The notes under the pieces: model-generated
Databases searched by the model: none
Told to the model about the DNA's origin: nothing
What the model saw: the letters and a program-made list of their open reading frames with translations, nothing else
DNA from: Candidatus Bathyarchaeota archaeon
GTDB taxonomy: Archaea > Thermoproteota > Bathyarchaeia > 40CM-2-53-6
NCBI GenBank assembly: GCA_963833125.1
Contig: CAWHWX010000028.1
Coordinates: forward strand, 32,615 to 64,614
Length of the DNA: 32,000 bases
Direction of reading: 5' to 3'
Translations under genes and position numbers: made by a program
Shown: in pieces, positions 9,867-19,475 of the stretch
How positions within the stretch are numbered: position 1 is the stretch's first letter
Layout: every line of letters begins with the position of its first letter

Positions 9867-11026
9867 GTGGAATCGCACAGTTCTGCCCGCGGCTGGTGGA
9901 TTGCTGTGCTGGTGCTCGTCGTGGTGGCTGTCGTCGTTGCGCTCACGGTTCTGCCGCGAATTCAGGCGCGCAACACCCTTGCCAAGGAAACGCAGGAAAT
10001 GGCAATCCCCAGCGTGGCGGTGGTGCATCCGCAGCACACGGCGCCCGCGCAGGAGATTGTGCTTCCCGCCAATGTGCAGGCTTACATCGACTCTCCTATC
10101 TACGCTCGTACGAACGGCTATCTGCAGCGGTGGTATGTGGATATCGGTGCCCATGTGAAAGCCGGACAACTGCTGGCTGAAATTGACACGCCGGAAGTGA
10201 ATCAGCAGCTCCGTCAGGCTCGTGCGGATCTCGACACCGCCGAAGCCAACGTCAACCTCTCGCAGATTACAGCGGATCGGTATACGGACCTGCTGAAGTC
10301 AGACTCAGTTTCCAAGCAGGATGCCGATAACGCGGCTGAGCGACTATGCGGCCAAGAAAGCGACCGTCCAATCGGCGCAGGCCAACGTTAAGCGACTGGA
10401 AGACCTGCAGTCGTTCGAGAAAATCTATGCTCCATTCGAAGGAGTTATTACCGCTCGCAATACTGATATGGGCGCGCTGATTGACTCTGGCAGCTAGCGG
10501 CGGCACGCGCACCGAGCTTTTTCACGTCGCGCAGCCGGGCAAGCTGCGTGTCTATGTCAATGTGCCGGAAGCTTATTCGCAGGCAGCTAAACCAGGACTG
10601 ACCACGGATCTGACGCTGGCGGAATTTCCCGGACGCGCATTTCAAGGCAAGCTGGTTCGTACCGCCGATGCCATTGATCCCAACACTCGCACCCTGCTGG
10701 TCGAAATTGCGGTCGACAATCCCACGGGTGAACTGCTTACCGGCGCTTATGCCGAAGTTCATCTGAAGCTGCCCACGGCAAAATCCTCATTTATCCTCCC
10801 CGTGGACACGCTGCTTTTCCGCAGCGAAGGCCTGCGCGTGGTGGTGGTGAACAACAACAAGGCCGAGCTCCGGCCGATCACGATCGGCCACGATTTCGGT
10901 TCTGCCGTCGAGGTAGTCGCCGGCTTGAAGGGGGATGAGAGCGTAGTGATCAACCCGCCGGATTCAATCGAGTCTGGAGAGAATGTGCGGGTAGTTCAGC
11001 CGTCGGCGGGAGGATCTGCGCAGTGA
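9867..11026 (+). pseudogene. Efflux RND periplasmic adaptor (MFP/HlyD family), frameshifted
   Basis: It has an N-terminal TM segment followed by ...GYLQRWYVDIGAHVKAGQLLAEIDTPEVNQQL.... The reading frame is lost near 10337, continues in another frame (SDYAAKKATVQSAQANVKRLEDLQSFEKIYAPFEGVITARNTDMGALI), and shifts again near 10488 into the 10481-11026 ORF. Confidence 0.8.
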
Positions 11027-12523
11027 CGCCAGCTGGACTGGGTTCTTTTCAGAACGAACAATTGCAGCGAGTTTGCATGGCGGCTGCTCTTCTTTTCGTT
11101 CTTGTAGCTTTGAGCGGTTGTGCCGTCGGGCCTCATTACTCACGGCCCGCGGCACCGGCGGCGCCGGCGTACAAAGAGACTCCCGAAAACTGGAAGCAAG
11201 CGCAGCCCGCCGACCAGTTCGCGCACGGCAAATGGTGGGAGATCTTCCAGGATTCAGCACTCGACACCCTCGAAGAGAAGATTGATGTTTCCAACCAGAC
11301 TCTTAAAGCTTCGCAGGCGCAATTCGAGCAGGCTCGCGCTCTAGTTGCTTTCAATCGGGCCAATCTATATCCCACGTTACCGGCCGATCCTTCGGTTTCG
11401 CGTAACCGTCTTTCAAAAAATCGTCCGCTGCTTGGCGCGACGACCAACTATACCGACTTGGTGCTGCCCGTGGATGTCTCCTACGAAGCCGATCTGTGGG
11501 GCCGGGTGCGGCGAACCGTCGAAGCGGCGCGCGCCAATGCCCAAGCCAGCGCCGCCGATCTGGAGTCCGTGCGCTCAGCCTCCATGCCGAACTGGCGATG
11601 GACTATTTCGCGGCACGCGCTCTGGATGCGGAAAAGCAACTTCTGAACTCCACGGTCTCTGCCTACAAAAAAGCGCTGGAGCTGACCAATAACCGCTACC
11701 GGGGAGGCATTGCGTCGCAGGTCGATGTGGCTCAGGCGCAGACGCAGTTGGAGACCACGCGCGCGCAGGCCACGGACCTGATGGTCGCAGCGAGCCGCCT
11801 ATGAACACGCGATTGCCGTGCTCACCGGCGAGCCTCCGGCAGACTTTGCGCTTCCTGCAGCGCCGTTGAATGCGGCGCCGCCAGCCATTCCTCCCGGCTT
11901 GCCTTCGGACCTGCTGGAGCGCCGTCCTGATATAGCTGCGGCCGAGCGCCGAATGGCTATCGGCGAATGCGCAGATTGGCGTGGCGCGCGCAGCCTACTT
12001 TCCTCCAGTGACGTTGTAGGCCAGCGGTGGATTCGAGGGAACTTCGATTACCAACTGGCTTACCGGGCCCAGCGGATTTGCCGCCGCAGGTCTGAGCGCG
12101 CTGGAAACTATATTCGACGCCGGGCAGCGTCACGCGGTTTCCCGGCAGGCACAGGCTGCCTACGATGAATCTGTCGCCAACTACCGGCAAAGCGTGCTCA
12201 CCGCATTTCAGGAAGTGGAAGACAACCTAGCCGCGTTGCGCATTTTGGAAAACGAATCGCAGACTGAAGCCGCGGCGGTTGCCGCCGCCGAACACTCGCT
12301 GGCTCTTTCCAATAATCGCTATCGTGGCGGCGTCGCGACCTATCTGGAAGTCATTACCGCGCAGAGCGCGGCTTTATCGGATGAACGCACCGCAGTTGAG
12401 CTTTCAGGCCGGAGAATGACCGACAGCGTGTTGCTGATCAAGGCGCTGGGCGGGGGATGGAGCACGGCAAGTTTGCCTTCCGCGCAAAGTCTGGCACGGT
12501 CTTCATCGTCCTCGAATCCATAA
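11023..12523 (+). pseudogene. Efflux outer-membrane factor lipoprotein (NodT/OprM family), disrupted
   Basis: It has the lipobox LVALSGC and NodT-like text (GPHYSRP...WWEIFQD..LD.L...). The start overlaps the MFP stop as GTGA; ATG 11077 is an alternative start. Frame changes lie near 11568, 11797 and 11960. An in-frame TAG lies at 12017-12019 (FPPVTL*ASGGFEG). The C-terminus ends in LIKALGGGW. Confidence 0.8.
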
Positions 12524-12534
12524 AATTTGATCAC

Positions 12535-13689
12535 TTAGCTAGCGTCATTGCCAGCGCCGTCAGCCGCGGAACAGATGTAAACAGCGGGCCTAATGCCGGT
12601 GGCTTGTGAATAACGCCCCGCAATTTTGGCCGCAAAATTCTCGGCGTCGGGCGAATTCAGCAGATTCACCGTGCAGCCACCGAATCCGCCGCCTGTCATG
12701 CGTCCGCCCCAATATCCGGGAAGGCCTGCCGCACTTTCTACCATTACGTCGAGTTCCTGGCAGCTGACTTCGTAAAGATCACGGAGGCTGCGGTGTGATT
12801 CAGCCATGAGCTTGCCAAACCCGTGCAGATCGCCTTTAGAGAGGCATTCGGCCCCATCGAGCGTTCGCTGATTTTCATGGATTACGTGCGCGCAGCGTTT
12901 GTAGATCGTGGCGGGTATTTCTGTGGCATGCATCTCGAGTTGCTCTGTCGAGACGTCGCGAAGGGCGCGGATGTCAGGATACCACTTCGACAAAATCTGC
13001 ACGCCCTCTTCGCATTCTGCGCGGCGGCGGTTGTACTCCCCGCCAGAAAGTTCGTGTTTGACCATGGTGTTACAAATCACCAGCCGTACTCCAGGGGGTA
13101 TCGGCACGAGGTTGAAATGCAGCGAACGGCAGTCGAGCAGCAGAGCATGGTTTGCCTTGCCAAGGCAGGAAATAAACTGGTCCATAATGCCACAGCGGGC
13201 GCCGACGAATTCATTTTCGGCACGCTGGCAGAGTTTCGCTAGGTCTGGAGGAGGCAGTTTCGCTTTGGACAAGCTCAGAAGTGCAAATGCGGTCGCCACT
13301 TCAACGGCGGCCGATGAGCTGAGGCCAGCACCGATCGGAACGTCACTACTGATGAGTAAATTGGCCCCGGGAATGGCGAATCCTACCCGCTGCAACATGA
13401 TGAGAACGCCTAACGCATAGTCACACCATGCTCCCAGGCGTTGGGACGGCAGATTTGCCGTATCGAACTCAAATGGTTCGGGAAAGTTCTGGGATCTCAT
13501 GAGCAGCTTGTCATCTCTTCGCGGAGAGATGGCCACATGGACGGAAAAGCCAATCGCACACGGCATTACGAAGCCGTCGTTGTAGTCCGTATGCTCGCCA
13601 ATCAGGTTGACGCGGCCGGGGGCGCGAAAGGTGTTGGGCTCGGCGCCATACAAATCTTTGAAATGCATGGCCAACTCTGCGGATTTCAT
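12535..13689 (-). CDS. galK: Galactokinase
   Basis: It carries the GHMP kinase signatures RVNLIGEHTDYNDGFV and PIGAGLSSSAA. The 384-aa ORF is uninterrupted. Confidence 0.95.
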   Translation of the reverse strand: MKSAELAMHFKDLYGAEPNTFRAPGRVNLIGEHTDYNDGFVMPCAIGFSVHVAISPRRDDKLLMRSQNFPEPFEFDTANLPSQRLGAWCDYALGVLIMLQRVGFAIPGANLLISSDVPIGAGLSSSAAVEVATAFALLSLSKAKLPPPDLAKLCQRAENEFVGARCGIMDQFISCLGKANHALLLDCRSLHFNLVPIPPGVRLVICNTMVKHELSGGEYNRRRAECEEGVQILSKWYPDIRALRDVSTEQLEMHATEIPATIYKRCAHVIHENQRTLDGAECLSKGDLHGFGKLMAESHRSLRDLYEVSCQELDVMVESAAGLPGYWGGRMTGGGFGGCTVNLLNSPDAENFAAKIAGRYSQATGIRPAVYICSAADGAGNDAS

Positions 13690-13691
13690 GC

Positions 13692-14804
13692 GTGGGTTCC
13701 CTTACAATAGCGAAGTCTTGTAATCATGAAGTCTGGCGGCTCATTGTAGCGAACACTCCGGCCAAATTGTTGAAACTCGATCAATATCCGCATCGCAGAT
13801 TTAATCCGCTCAGCGGCGAATGGGTGTTAGTTTCTCCTCATCGCACCCAGCGCCCTTGGCAGGGGCAAGTGGAAAATGCTGCGGCTGCGCGAGAACCGCA
13901 ATATGATCCCGCATGTTACTTATGTCCGGGAAACGAGCGGGCCGGCGGGATGAGCAATCCGGCTTATCCCCACACCTTTGTCTTCGACAATGACTTCGCT
14001 GCGTTGAGGCCGGGGACCGTGCGCGAGCGTATTGACGCAGAAGGCAAAGGCTTGCTGGTTGCCGAGGGGGAGCCTGGTGTTTGCCGAGTCATCTGCTTTT
14101 CGCCGCGTCATGATCTAACGTTGGCGAGCATGGAATTGCCCGATATCGAGGAAGTCGTTCGGGTTTGGGCAGACCAATTCCGCGAATTAGGCGCAATGCC
14201 GCAAATCAACCACGTACAGATTTTTGAAAATCGCGGAGCGATGATGGGAGCGAGCAACCCGCATCCACACTGTCAGATATGGTCGACAGCTTCGATCCCC
14301 GATGTTCCGGCACGAGAACTGATATCGCAAAAAACGCACTTGATGCGGCAGGGCAGGTGCCTCTTATGCGACTACATCAAATTGGAGACGCGGCAGGAAT
14401 CCCGTATGGTTTATGCCAATGACAGTTTTTTCGCCATGGTGCCTTTCTGGGCAGTGTGGCCGTTTGAGTTGCTGATTTGCAGCCGCCGGCATTTAGGTTC
14501 TCTGGCCGATTTCACTCAGGAAGAAGTCCGACGGCTCGCGCAGACGCTGCAGCGAGTGACTTCCACTTATGACCGCGTGTTCGAAACGCCTTTCCCTTAT
14601 TCCATGGGATTTCACCAGGCGCCGACGGATGGCAAGGATCATCCCGAGTGGCATTTCCACGCGCATTTTTATCCCCCGCTTTTGCGCTCCGCGACGGTGC
14701 GCAAATTCATGGTTGGGTTCGAAATGCTCGGTACTCCGCAGCGGGATGTCACGCCGGAAGGCGCCGCTGAGCGTCTGCGGCTGCTGTGCGAAGAGCTTCG
14801 GTAA
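13692..14804 (+). CDS. galT: Galactose-1-phosphate uridylyltransferase
   Basis: It contains HRRFNPLSGEWVLVSPHRTQRPWQG, CYLCPGN and the active-site HPHCQIW. The track start (GTG 13692) is 2 nt from the galK start. The true start is probably TTG 13767 or 13770 (M)KLDQYPHRRFNP, which leaves a divergent promoter region of about 77 bp. Confidence 0.92.
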   Translation: MGSLTIAKSCNHEVWRLIVANTPAKLLKLDQYPHRRFNPLSGEWVLVSPHRTQRPWQGQVENAAAAREPQYDPACYLCPGNERAGGMSNPAYPHTFVFDNDFAALRPGTVRERIDAEGKGLLVAEGEPGVCRVICFSPRHDLTLASMELPDIEEVVRVWADQFRELGAMPQINHVQIFENRGAMMGASNPHPHCQIWSTASIPDVPARELISQKTHLMRQGRCLLCDYIKLETRQESRMVYANDSFFAMVPFWAVWPFELLICSRRHLGSLADFTQEEVRRLAQTLQRVTSTYDRVFETPFPYSMGFHQAPTDGKDHPEWHFHAHFYPPLLRSATVRKFMVGFEMLGTPQRDVTPEGAAERLRLLCEELR

Positions 14805-14836
14805 CTAAATATCGTCTCAAGATATGTTCTGGGGCA

Positions 14837-14866
14837 TTGACATCCCAGCCTATGAATTCTTACTAT
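14837..14866 (+). promoter_or_regulatory. Candidate sigma-70-type promoter for the ABC-2/GldG operon
   Basis: TTGACA (14837-14842), an 18-nt spacer, then TACTAT (14861-14866). This lies about 60-75 nt upstream of the ABC ATPase start codons. Confidence 0.35.
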
Positions 14867-14924
14867 TGAATTACCGCAAGTTATTCGTCCGTACGGAGCA
14901 GTTCAAAAGCAGTGCTCGATTCGC

Positions 14925-15919
14925 TTGGCAAAATATCTTATGATTAAAGTTAACCAGCTGACTAAGAACTACGCGCGCGCGACTGCTGTAGATCATATTT
15001 CCTTCGAGGTTGAACGAGGCCAGATTGTCGGTTTCCTTGGGCCGAATGGGGCAGGGAAGACGACGACCATGCGCATGCTGACCTGCTTCTTGCCGCCGAC
15101 GGCGGGCACCGCCACCGTTGCCGGCTTTGATGTTCTGGAACAGCCGATGGAAGTGAAGAAGCGCATTGGATACCTTCCCGAAACTCCTCCTCTTTACCTC
15201 GAAATGCACGCGGAAGAATATCTGAATTTCGTCGGCAAATTAAAGGGGCTCAGTGGCGCAGATCTGGCAAAAAGGGTTGATTACGTCTGTGAGCGTTGCG
15301 CCATCGCCGATGTAAAAAACAAACTTCTTGGTAAACTGTCCAAGGGCTATCGCCAGCGCGTTGGTCTGGCGCAGGCAATCATCCACAACCCGGATGTATT
15401 GATTCTCGACGAACCCACTGCTGGACTGGATCCCAAGCAGATCAACGAGACTCGCGATCTCATCAAAAGTCTAGCCGGCGATCACACGATCATTTTGAGC
15501 ACGCACATCCTCCCTGAAGTCGAGCAGACCTGCCAGCAGGTGCTCATCATTAACAAGGGCAAACTGGTCGCAACTGACTCGGTGCAAAACTTGCAGAACC
15601 GGGTGCGTGGCTCGGAGTCGCTGCTGGTGGAAGTGGCGGCCGCAATGGCGCTCTTGACGCCTCCACAGTGCAGCAAAGGCTGGAGCAAATTGGCGGTGTG
15701 AGCAGGGTACATCTGCGTGAGAGCCGCGACGGTCGCGGCGTTTTCGAAGTGGAAAGCCAGAAAGGTTTTCTGCGCGGCGATCTGGCGCGTGCCGTGGTTG
15801 AATCGGGTTGGGATCTCAACGAGCTGCGGCCTGCTGCCGTAAGCCTGGAAGAAATCTTCCTGCAGTTGACGGGGCCGGCTGCCAGCGTGGCAACCGCCGG
15901 CAAAGGAATGCAAGCATGA
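14925..15919 (+). pseudogene. ABC transporter ATP-binding protein (GldA-like), single frameshift near 15640-15646
   Basis: It has Walker A GPNGAGKTT, signature LSKGYRQRV, Walker B LILDEPTAGLD and H-loop STH. The likely start is ATG 14940 (MIKVNQLTKNY). Frame 0 stops at 15699-15701. The conserved C-terminal domain (NGALDASTVQQRLEQIGGVSRVHL...SLEEIFLQLT) continues in the next frame to the TGA at 15917-15919. Confidence 0.75.
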
Positions 15920-16683
15920 GAAATGTCTGGGTCATCTTTCGCAAAGAGATTCGCAGTTATTTTGTTTCTCCGATTGCCTATTTGTTGTTGACCATGTTCG
16001 CGCTCGTTACCGCTCTTTTTTTCGGTATATACCTGCGTGGTTTCATCGAATACGGCATGGAAATGCAAATGAGCGGACAGATGGCGCCGATGAATCTGAA
16101 CGAGCAAGTCATCCGGCCGCTGCTTTCCAATGCATCCGTAATCGGATTGTTCTTCATTCCGATGATTACCATGCGGCTTTTTGCCGAGGAAAAGCGCAAC
16201 GGAACCATCGAGTTGCTGGCTACCTCGCCCATCCGCGATTTGGAAATCGTTCTCGGTAAGTGGCTGGCCGCGCTGGCGCTTTATGGTTGCATGTTGTTAT
16301 TTCTGGCTCTTGATTTTGCGTTTCTTTTCAAATACGGAAATCCCGATTGGAAGCCCTTAGCCATCGGTTTTCTTGGTTTGTTGCTGCAGGTAGGAGGGTT
16401 GTTAGCGATTGGGATGTTTATTTCAACGCTGACGAAGAATCAAATTATCGCTGCCGCTGTCACGTTTGGGCTTTTTCTAGTGCTCTGGGTCATTTCATCG
16501 GTTAGCGAGTTCAATACCGCGACCTGGGCGACGGCCGTCTCCTATACCTCGATCGTCACGCATTTGGAGTCGTTTGAAAGGGGCATGCTTGATTCCAAGG
16601 ACGCGGTTTTTTATTTGAGCATGATCTTCTTAGGATTGTTCCTGACCGTCCGTTCCATGGAATCCCTGCGGTGGAGGTCGTAA
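15916..16683 (+). CDS. ABC-2 type transporter permease (GldF-like)
   Basis: It begins MRNVWVIFRKEIRSYFVSPIAYLLL and has about 6 hydrophobic segments. The ATG overlaps the upstream stop as ATGA. The track ORF starts at 15808, but the family N-terminus begins at 15916. Confidence 0.85.
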   Translation: MRNVWVIFRKEIRSYFVSPIAYLLLTMFALVTALFFGIYLRGFIEYGMEMQMSGQMAPMNLNEQVIRPLLSNASVIGLFFIPMITMRLFAEEKRNGTIELLATSPIRDLEIVLGKWLAALALYGCMLLFLALDFAFLFKYGNPDWKPLAIGFLGLLLQVGGLLAIGMFISTLTKNQIIAAAVTFGLFLVLWVISSVSEFNTATWATAVSYTSIVTHLESFERGMLDSKDAVFYLSMIFLGLFLTVRSMESLRWRS

Positions 16684-18060
16684 GTGAGTCTTAAATTCCT
16701 CAAAGCGCGCCAAACCAAATACGCGGGATTCGCCGCGGTTTATATCCTGGTGGTTTTGGCGGTGGTTGTGATCGCCAATGTACTGGCGGATCGGTACAAC
16801 AAGTCTTACGACGGAACGGCCAACAAGCGCTATAGCCTGTCCGAGCAGACGGCAAAGATCGTCAAAGGTCTGAAGCAAGAAGCTACCATCACTTATTTTG
16901 ACCAGCCGCATGGCTTTCCGCACGCCAAAGACCTTCTCGATGAATACGCAAATCTTTCCCCGAAACTCCATGTCAAATATGTCGACGTGGATAAAGAGCC
17001 AGAATTGGCTCGCGCCGCCGGCATCAAAAATTATGGAACGGCGGTCGTCCAGATTGGGGAACGCAAGGAAGAGGCGCAAAGCATGACGGAAGAAGGCGTG
17101 ACCGGTGCTTTCATCCGCGACCTGAAGAACACTACTCGCACCGTTTGCTTTGTCACCGGCAGCGGCGAACATCAAATTGACGATAGTGACCGCAGCGGAT
17201 ACTCCACTTTTGAAAGTCTTCTGGGGAAGGATGAGTATAAGGCGAAGTCCATTAATCTGCTGCAGAACGCGGACGTCCCGGGCGATTGCACCGCAGTGGT
17301 GGTGGGCGGGCCTACGGGTGACTATGAGCAGCCGGAAGTGGACGCCATAAAGAAATATGTGGAGAGTGGCGGACGGGCATTGTTCATGCTTGATCCCCCG
17401 CTGAAAATGGGCCACGGCGATATCTCGGATAACGATGCGCTAACCACCCTGTTGCAGACCTGGGGCGTAACCCCGGAGAAAGATTTGGTTCTGGACCTGA
17501 ACCCCATTGGGAAATTAGTTGGGGTTGGACCCGAGGTTGCGCTTGTCTCCACTTATGATCCGCATCCCATCGTCACGGGAATGAAAGGCACCGCTACTGG
17601 GTTTCCGCTGGCGCGTTCGCTCGATATTAAGAACACCGATAAGACCACGGTAACCAAGTTGTTCAGTTCTTCGGAATCGAGCCTGGCTACCGCCAATTTG
17701 AGTTCTCCTGCCGTGAATCCCAACGATCCGAAGAACCAAAAAGGCCCGTTGACTCTGGCCGCCGCTGGTACATACAACACGGGCAAGGAGAATTCGCAAG
17801 GACGGTTCGTCGTTGTAGGCAGTTCGTCATGGACTGCAAACTCATTTATCCGCTTCAACGGTAATCGCGATCTGGCTCTGAACACCATGAATTGGCTTTC
17901 CTCCGACGAGGACCTGATTTCCATTCGCCCCAAGGAACCAGAAGACCGCCGCATTACTATGACGGGTGCGCAATTGAACTGGGTCCGCAGCACAAGTCAG
18001 TTTCTGCTGCCGCTGATCGTGGTGATTGCCGGATTTTTAGTGTGGTGGGGTAGAAGGTAA
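16684..18060 (+). CDS. GldG-family ABC-transporter auxiliary protein
   Basis: It has an N-terminal TM segment, a large periplasmic domain and a C-terminal TM segment (FLLPLIVVIAGFLVWW). The GTG follows the permease stop directly. The position after ABC-2 ATPase and permease genes is typical. Confidence 0.85.
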   Translation: MSLKFLKARQTKYAGFAAVYILVVLAVVVIANVLADRYNKSYDGTANKRYSLSEQTAKIVKGLKQEATITYFDQPHGFPHAKDLLDEYANLSPKLHVKYVDVDKEPELARAAGIKNYGTAVVQIGERKEEAQSMTEEGVTGAFIRDLKNTTRTVCFVTGSGEHQIDDSDRSGYSTFESLLGKDEYKAKSINLLQNADVPGDCTAVVVGGPTGDYEQPEVDAIKKYVESGGRALFMLDPPLKMGHGDISDNDALTTLLQTWGVTPEKDLVLDLNPIGKLVGVGPEVALVSTYDPHPIVTGMKGTATGFPLARSLDIKNTDKTTVTKLFSSSESSLATANLSSPAVNPNDPKNQKGPLTLAAAGTYNTGKENSQGRFVVVGSSSWTANSFIRFNGNRDLALNTMNWLSSDEDLISIRPKEPEDRRITMTGAQLNWVRSTSQFLLPLIVVIAGFLVWWGRR

Positions 18061-18106
18061 ATCAGATGTTGGCGGTCGCAGACCTGTTGGGAAAAGTAAG
18101 ATCACG

Positions 18107-19432
18107 ATGAAGATACGCGGGTTGGTTGTGGCCATTGTTGTTTTGGGGGCGCTCACCGGGACCCTTTACTGGTCCAACCGTCACAAATCCGCCGAGACCG
18201 CAGAAGCTCCGGCCGATGTTCCTCCGAGAATTCTGACTCTCAAAGAAGCGGACATTGTCGGCCTCACGATCAAGAAGAAGGATGCCTCCGAAATCAAATT
18301 GAAAAAGGACGGTGCTGATTGGCGCATCGTCGCGCCGGCTCCTTTCGCCGCGGATCAGTCTGCGGTCTCCGCAATGGTTTCGACGATGGCAGCACTCGAC
18401 TCGCAACGACTGGTGGAACAGAAAACCAGCGATTTAAGTCCGTATGGATTATCCGAACCACCGCTTGCCGTCGAGGTCACCGAAAAAGACAACAAAACTC
18501 AGCAGCTGCTAATCGGAGACAACACGCCTACGGGTAACGGCGTCTACGCGAAACTCGAGGGCGATCCTCGTGTGTTTACTATCGCCAGTTTTAATAAAAC
18601 CAGTCTGGACAAGGGCCTCAACGACCTGCGCGATAAGCGGCTGATAACGGCCCTTCCGGACAAGATCATCCGCGTTGGGATGGCCCGCAAGCAGGGCGAC
18701 ATCGAGTTTGGACGCGATAAGGATCAATGGCAGATTGTGAAGCCTAAACCGATGCGCGCCGACAGTTCGCAGGTAGATGATCTGGTGCGGGCCCTTACGG
18801 ACGCCAAGACGGATCTGAGTTCCGACTCTGATTCCAAAAAGAACGTCTCGGCATTTGCTTCCGGCACGCCAGTTGCTTCCGCGAAGCTCACCACGGAATC
18901 AGGCACACAACAACTTCAGGTCCGCAAAAGCAAAGATGACTACTACGCAAAGACCAGCGTGGTAGATGGTGTGTACAAAGTTTCTGGCAGTCTAGGGCAG
19001 GAACTCGAGAAGAAGCTAGAAGACTTTCGCAATAAGAAGCTGTTCGATTTCGCTTTCGCCGAGCCCAATAAAGTCGAGATGCACGACGGCGCCAAGTCCT
19101 ATTTCTTCACGCGTAGTAGGAATGACTGGTGGTCGGCGGATGGGAAAAAGCTGGATGCGGAAAGCATCGAGCAATTGATCGGAAAGCTTCGCGACCTCCA
19201 GGCGAGCAAATTTGCCGATTCTGGCTTTGCCAGTCCGGTGGTCGAGATTACAGTTACGTCCAACGATGGCAAACGAATCGAGAAAGTCTTAATTGCCAAG
19301 GCGTCCAGCGGGAAGGAAGACATCGCTATACGCCAAAACGAACCGGCGCTCTATCTGTTGGATGAGAGCGCCGTCGCAGAACTGCAGAAGCTGGCGAGTG
19401 ATGTCAAGCCTGCTACGACTTCGAAAAAGTGA
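18107..19432 (+). CDS. DUF4340 domain protein
   Basis: It has an N-terminal TM segment followed by a repetitive beta-rich ectodomain (W.IV.P....AD...V..L...L). This is the usual fourth gene of GldG-type ABC clusters, as far as I remember the family. Confidence 0.75.
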   Translation: MKIRGLVVAIVVLGALTGTLYWSNRHKSAETAEAPADVPPRILTLKEADIVGLTIKKKDASEIKLKKDGADWRIVAPAPFAADQSAVSAMVSTMAALDSQRLVEQKTSDLSPYGLSEPPLAVEVTEKDNKTQQLLIGDNTPTGNGVYAKLEGDPRVFTIASFNKTSLDKGLNDLRDKRLITALPDKIIRVGMARKQGDIEFGRDKDQWQIVKPKPMRADSSQVDDLVRALTDAKTDLSSDSDSKKNVSAFASGTPVASAKLTTESGTQQLQVRKSKDDYYAKTSVVDGVYKVSGSLGQELEKKLEDFRNKKLFDFAFAEPNKVEMHDGAKSYFFTRSRNDWWSADGKKLDAESIEQLIGKLRDLQASKFADSGFASPVVEITVTSNDGKRIEKVLIAKASSGKEDIAIRQNEPALYLLDESAVAELQKLASDVKPATTSKK

Positions 19433-19475
19433 CGCAAAGATCCTATCTATTCGAATGCATCGAAAGTTCGGGAAC

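Noticed and set aside
7062-9946. Numerous minus-strand ORFs (for example 7426-7935, 8098-8673, 9109-9771 and 9452-9946) inside the RND region
   Set aside because: The translations are Arg/Ala/His-rich nonsense typical of antisense reading of GC-rich genes. The plus strand carries unmistakable RND sequence.
7128-12019. Idea that the in-frame TAGs reflect amber recoding (for example pyrrolysine or stop-codon reassignment)
   Set aside because: TAG is used as the ordinary terminator of intact genes in this window (tatA 6321-6323, the 4700 gene at 5207-5209, the 2581 gene). The TAG-containing genes also carry many frameshifts.
15635-15701. Programmed ribosomal frameshift in the ABC ATPase
   Set aside because: There is no slippery heptamer or downstream structure at the shift. 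A simple 1-nt indel (GGCCGGC>GGCCGC type) explains it.
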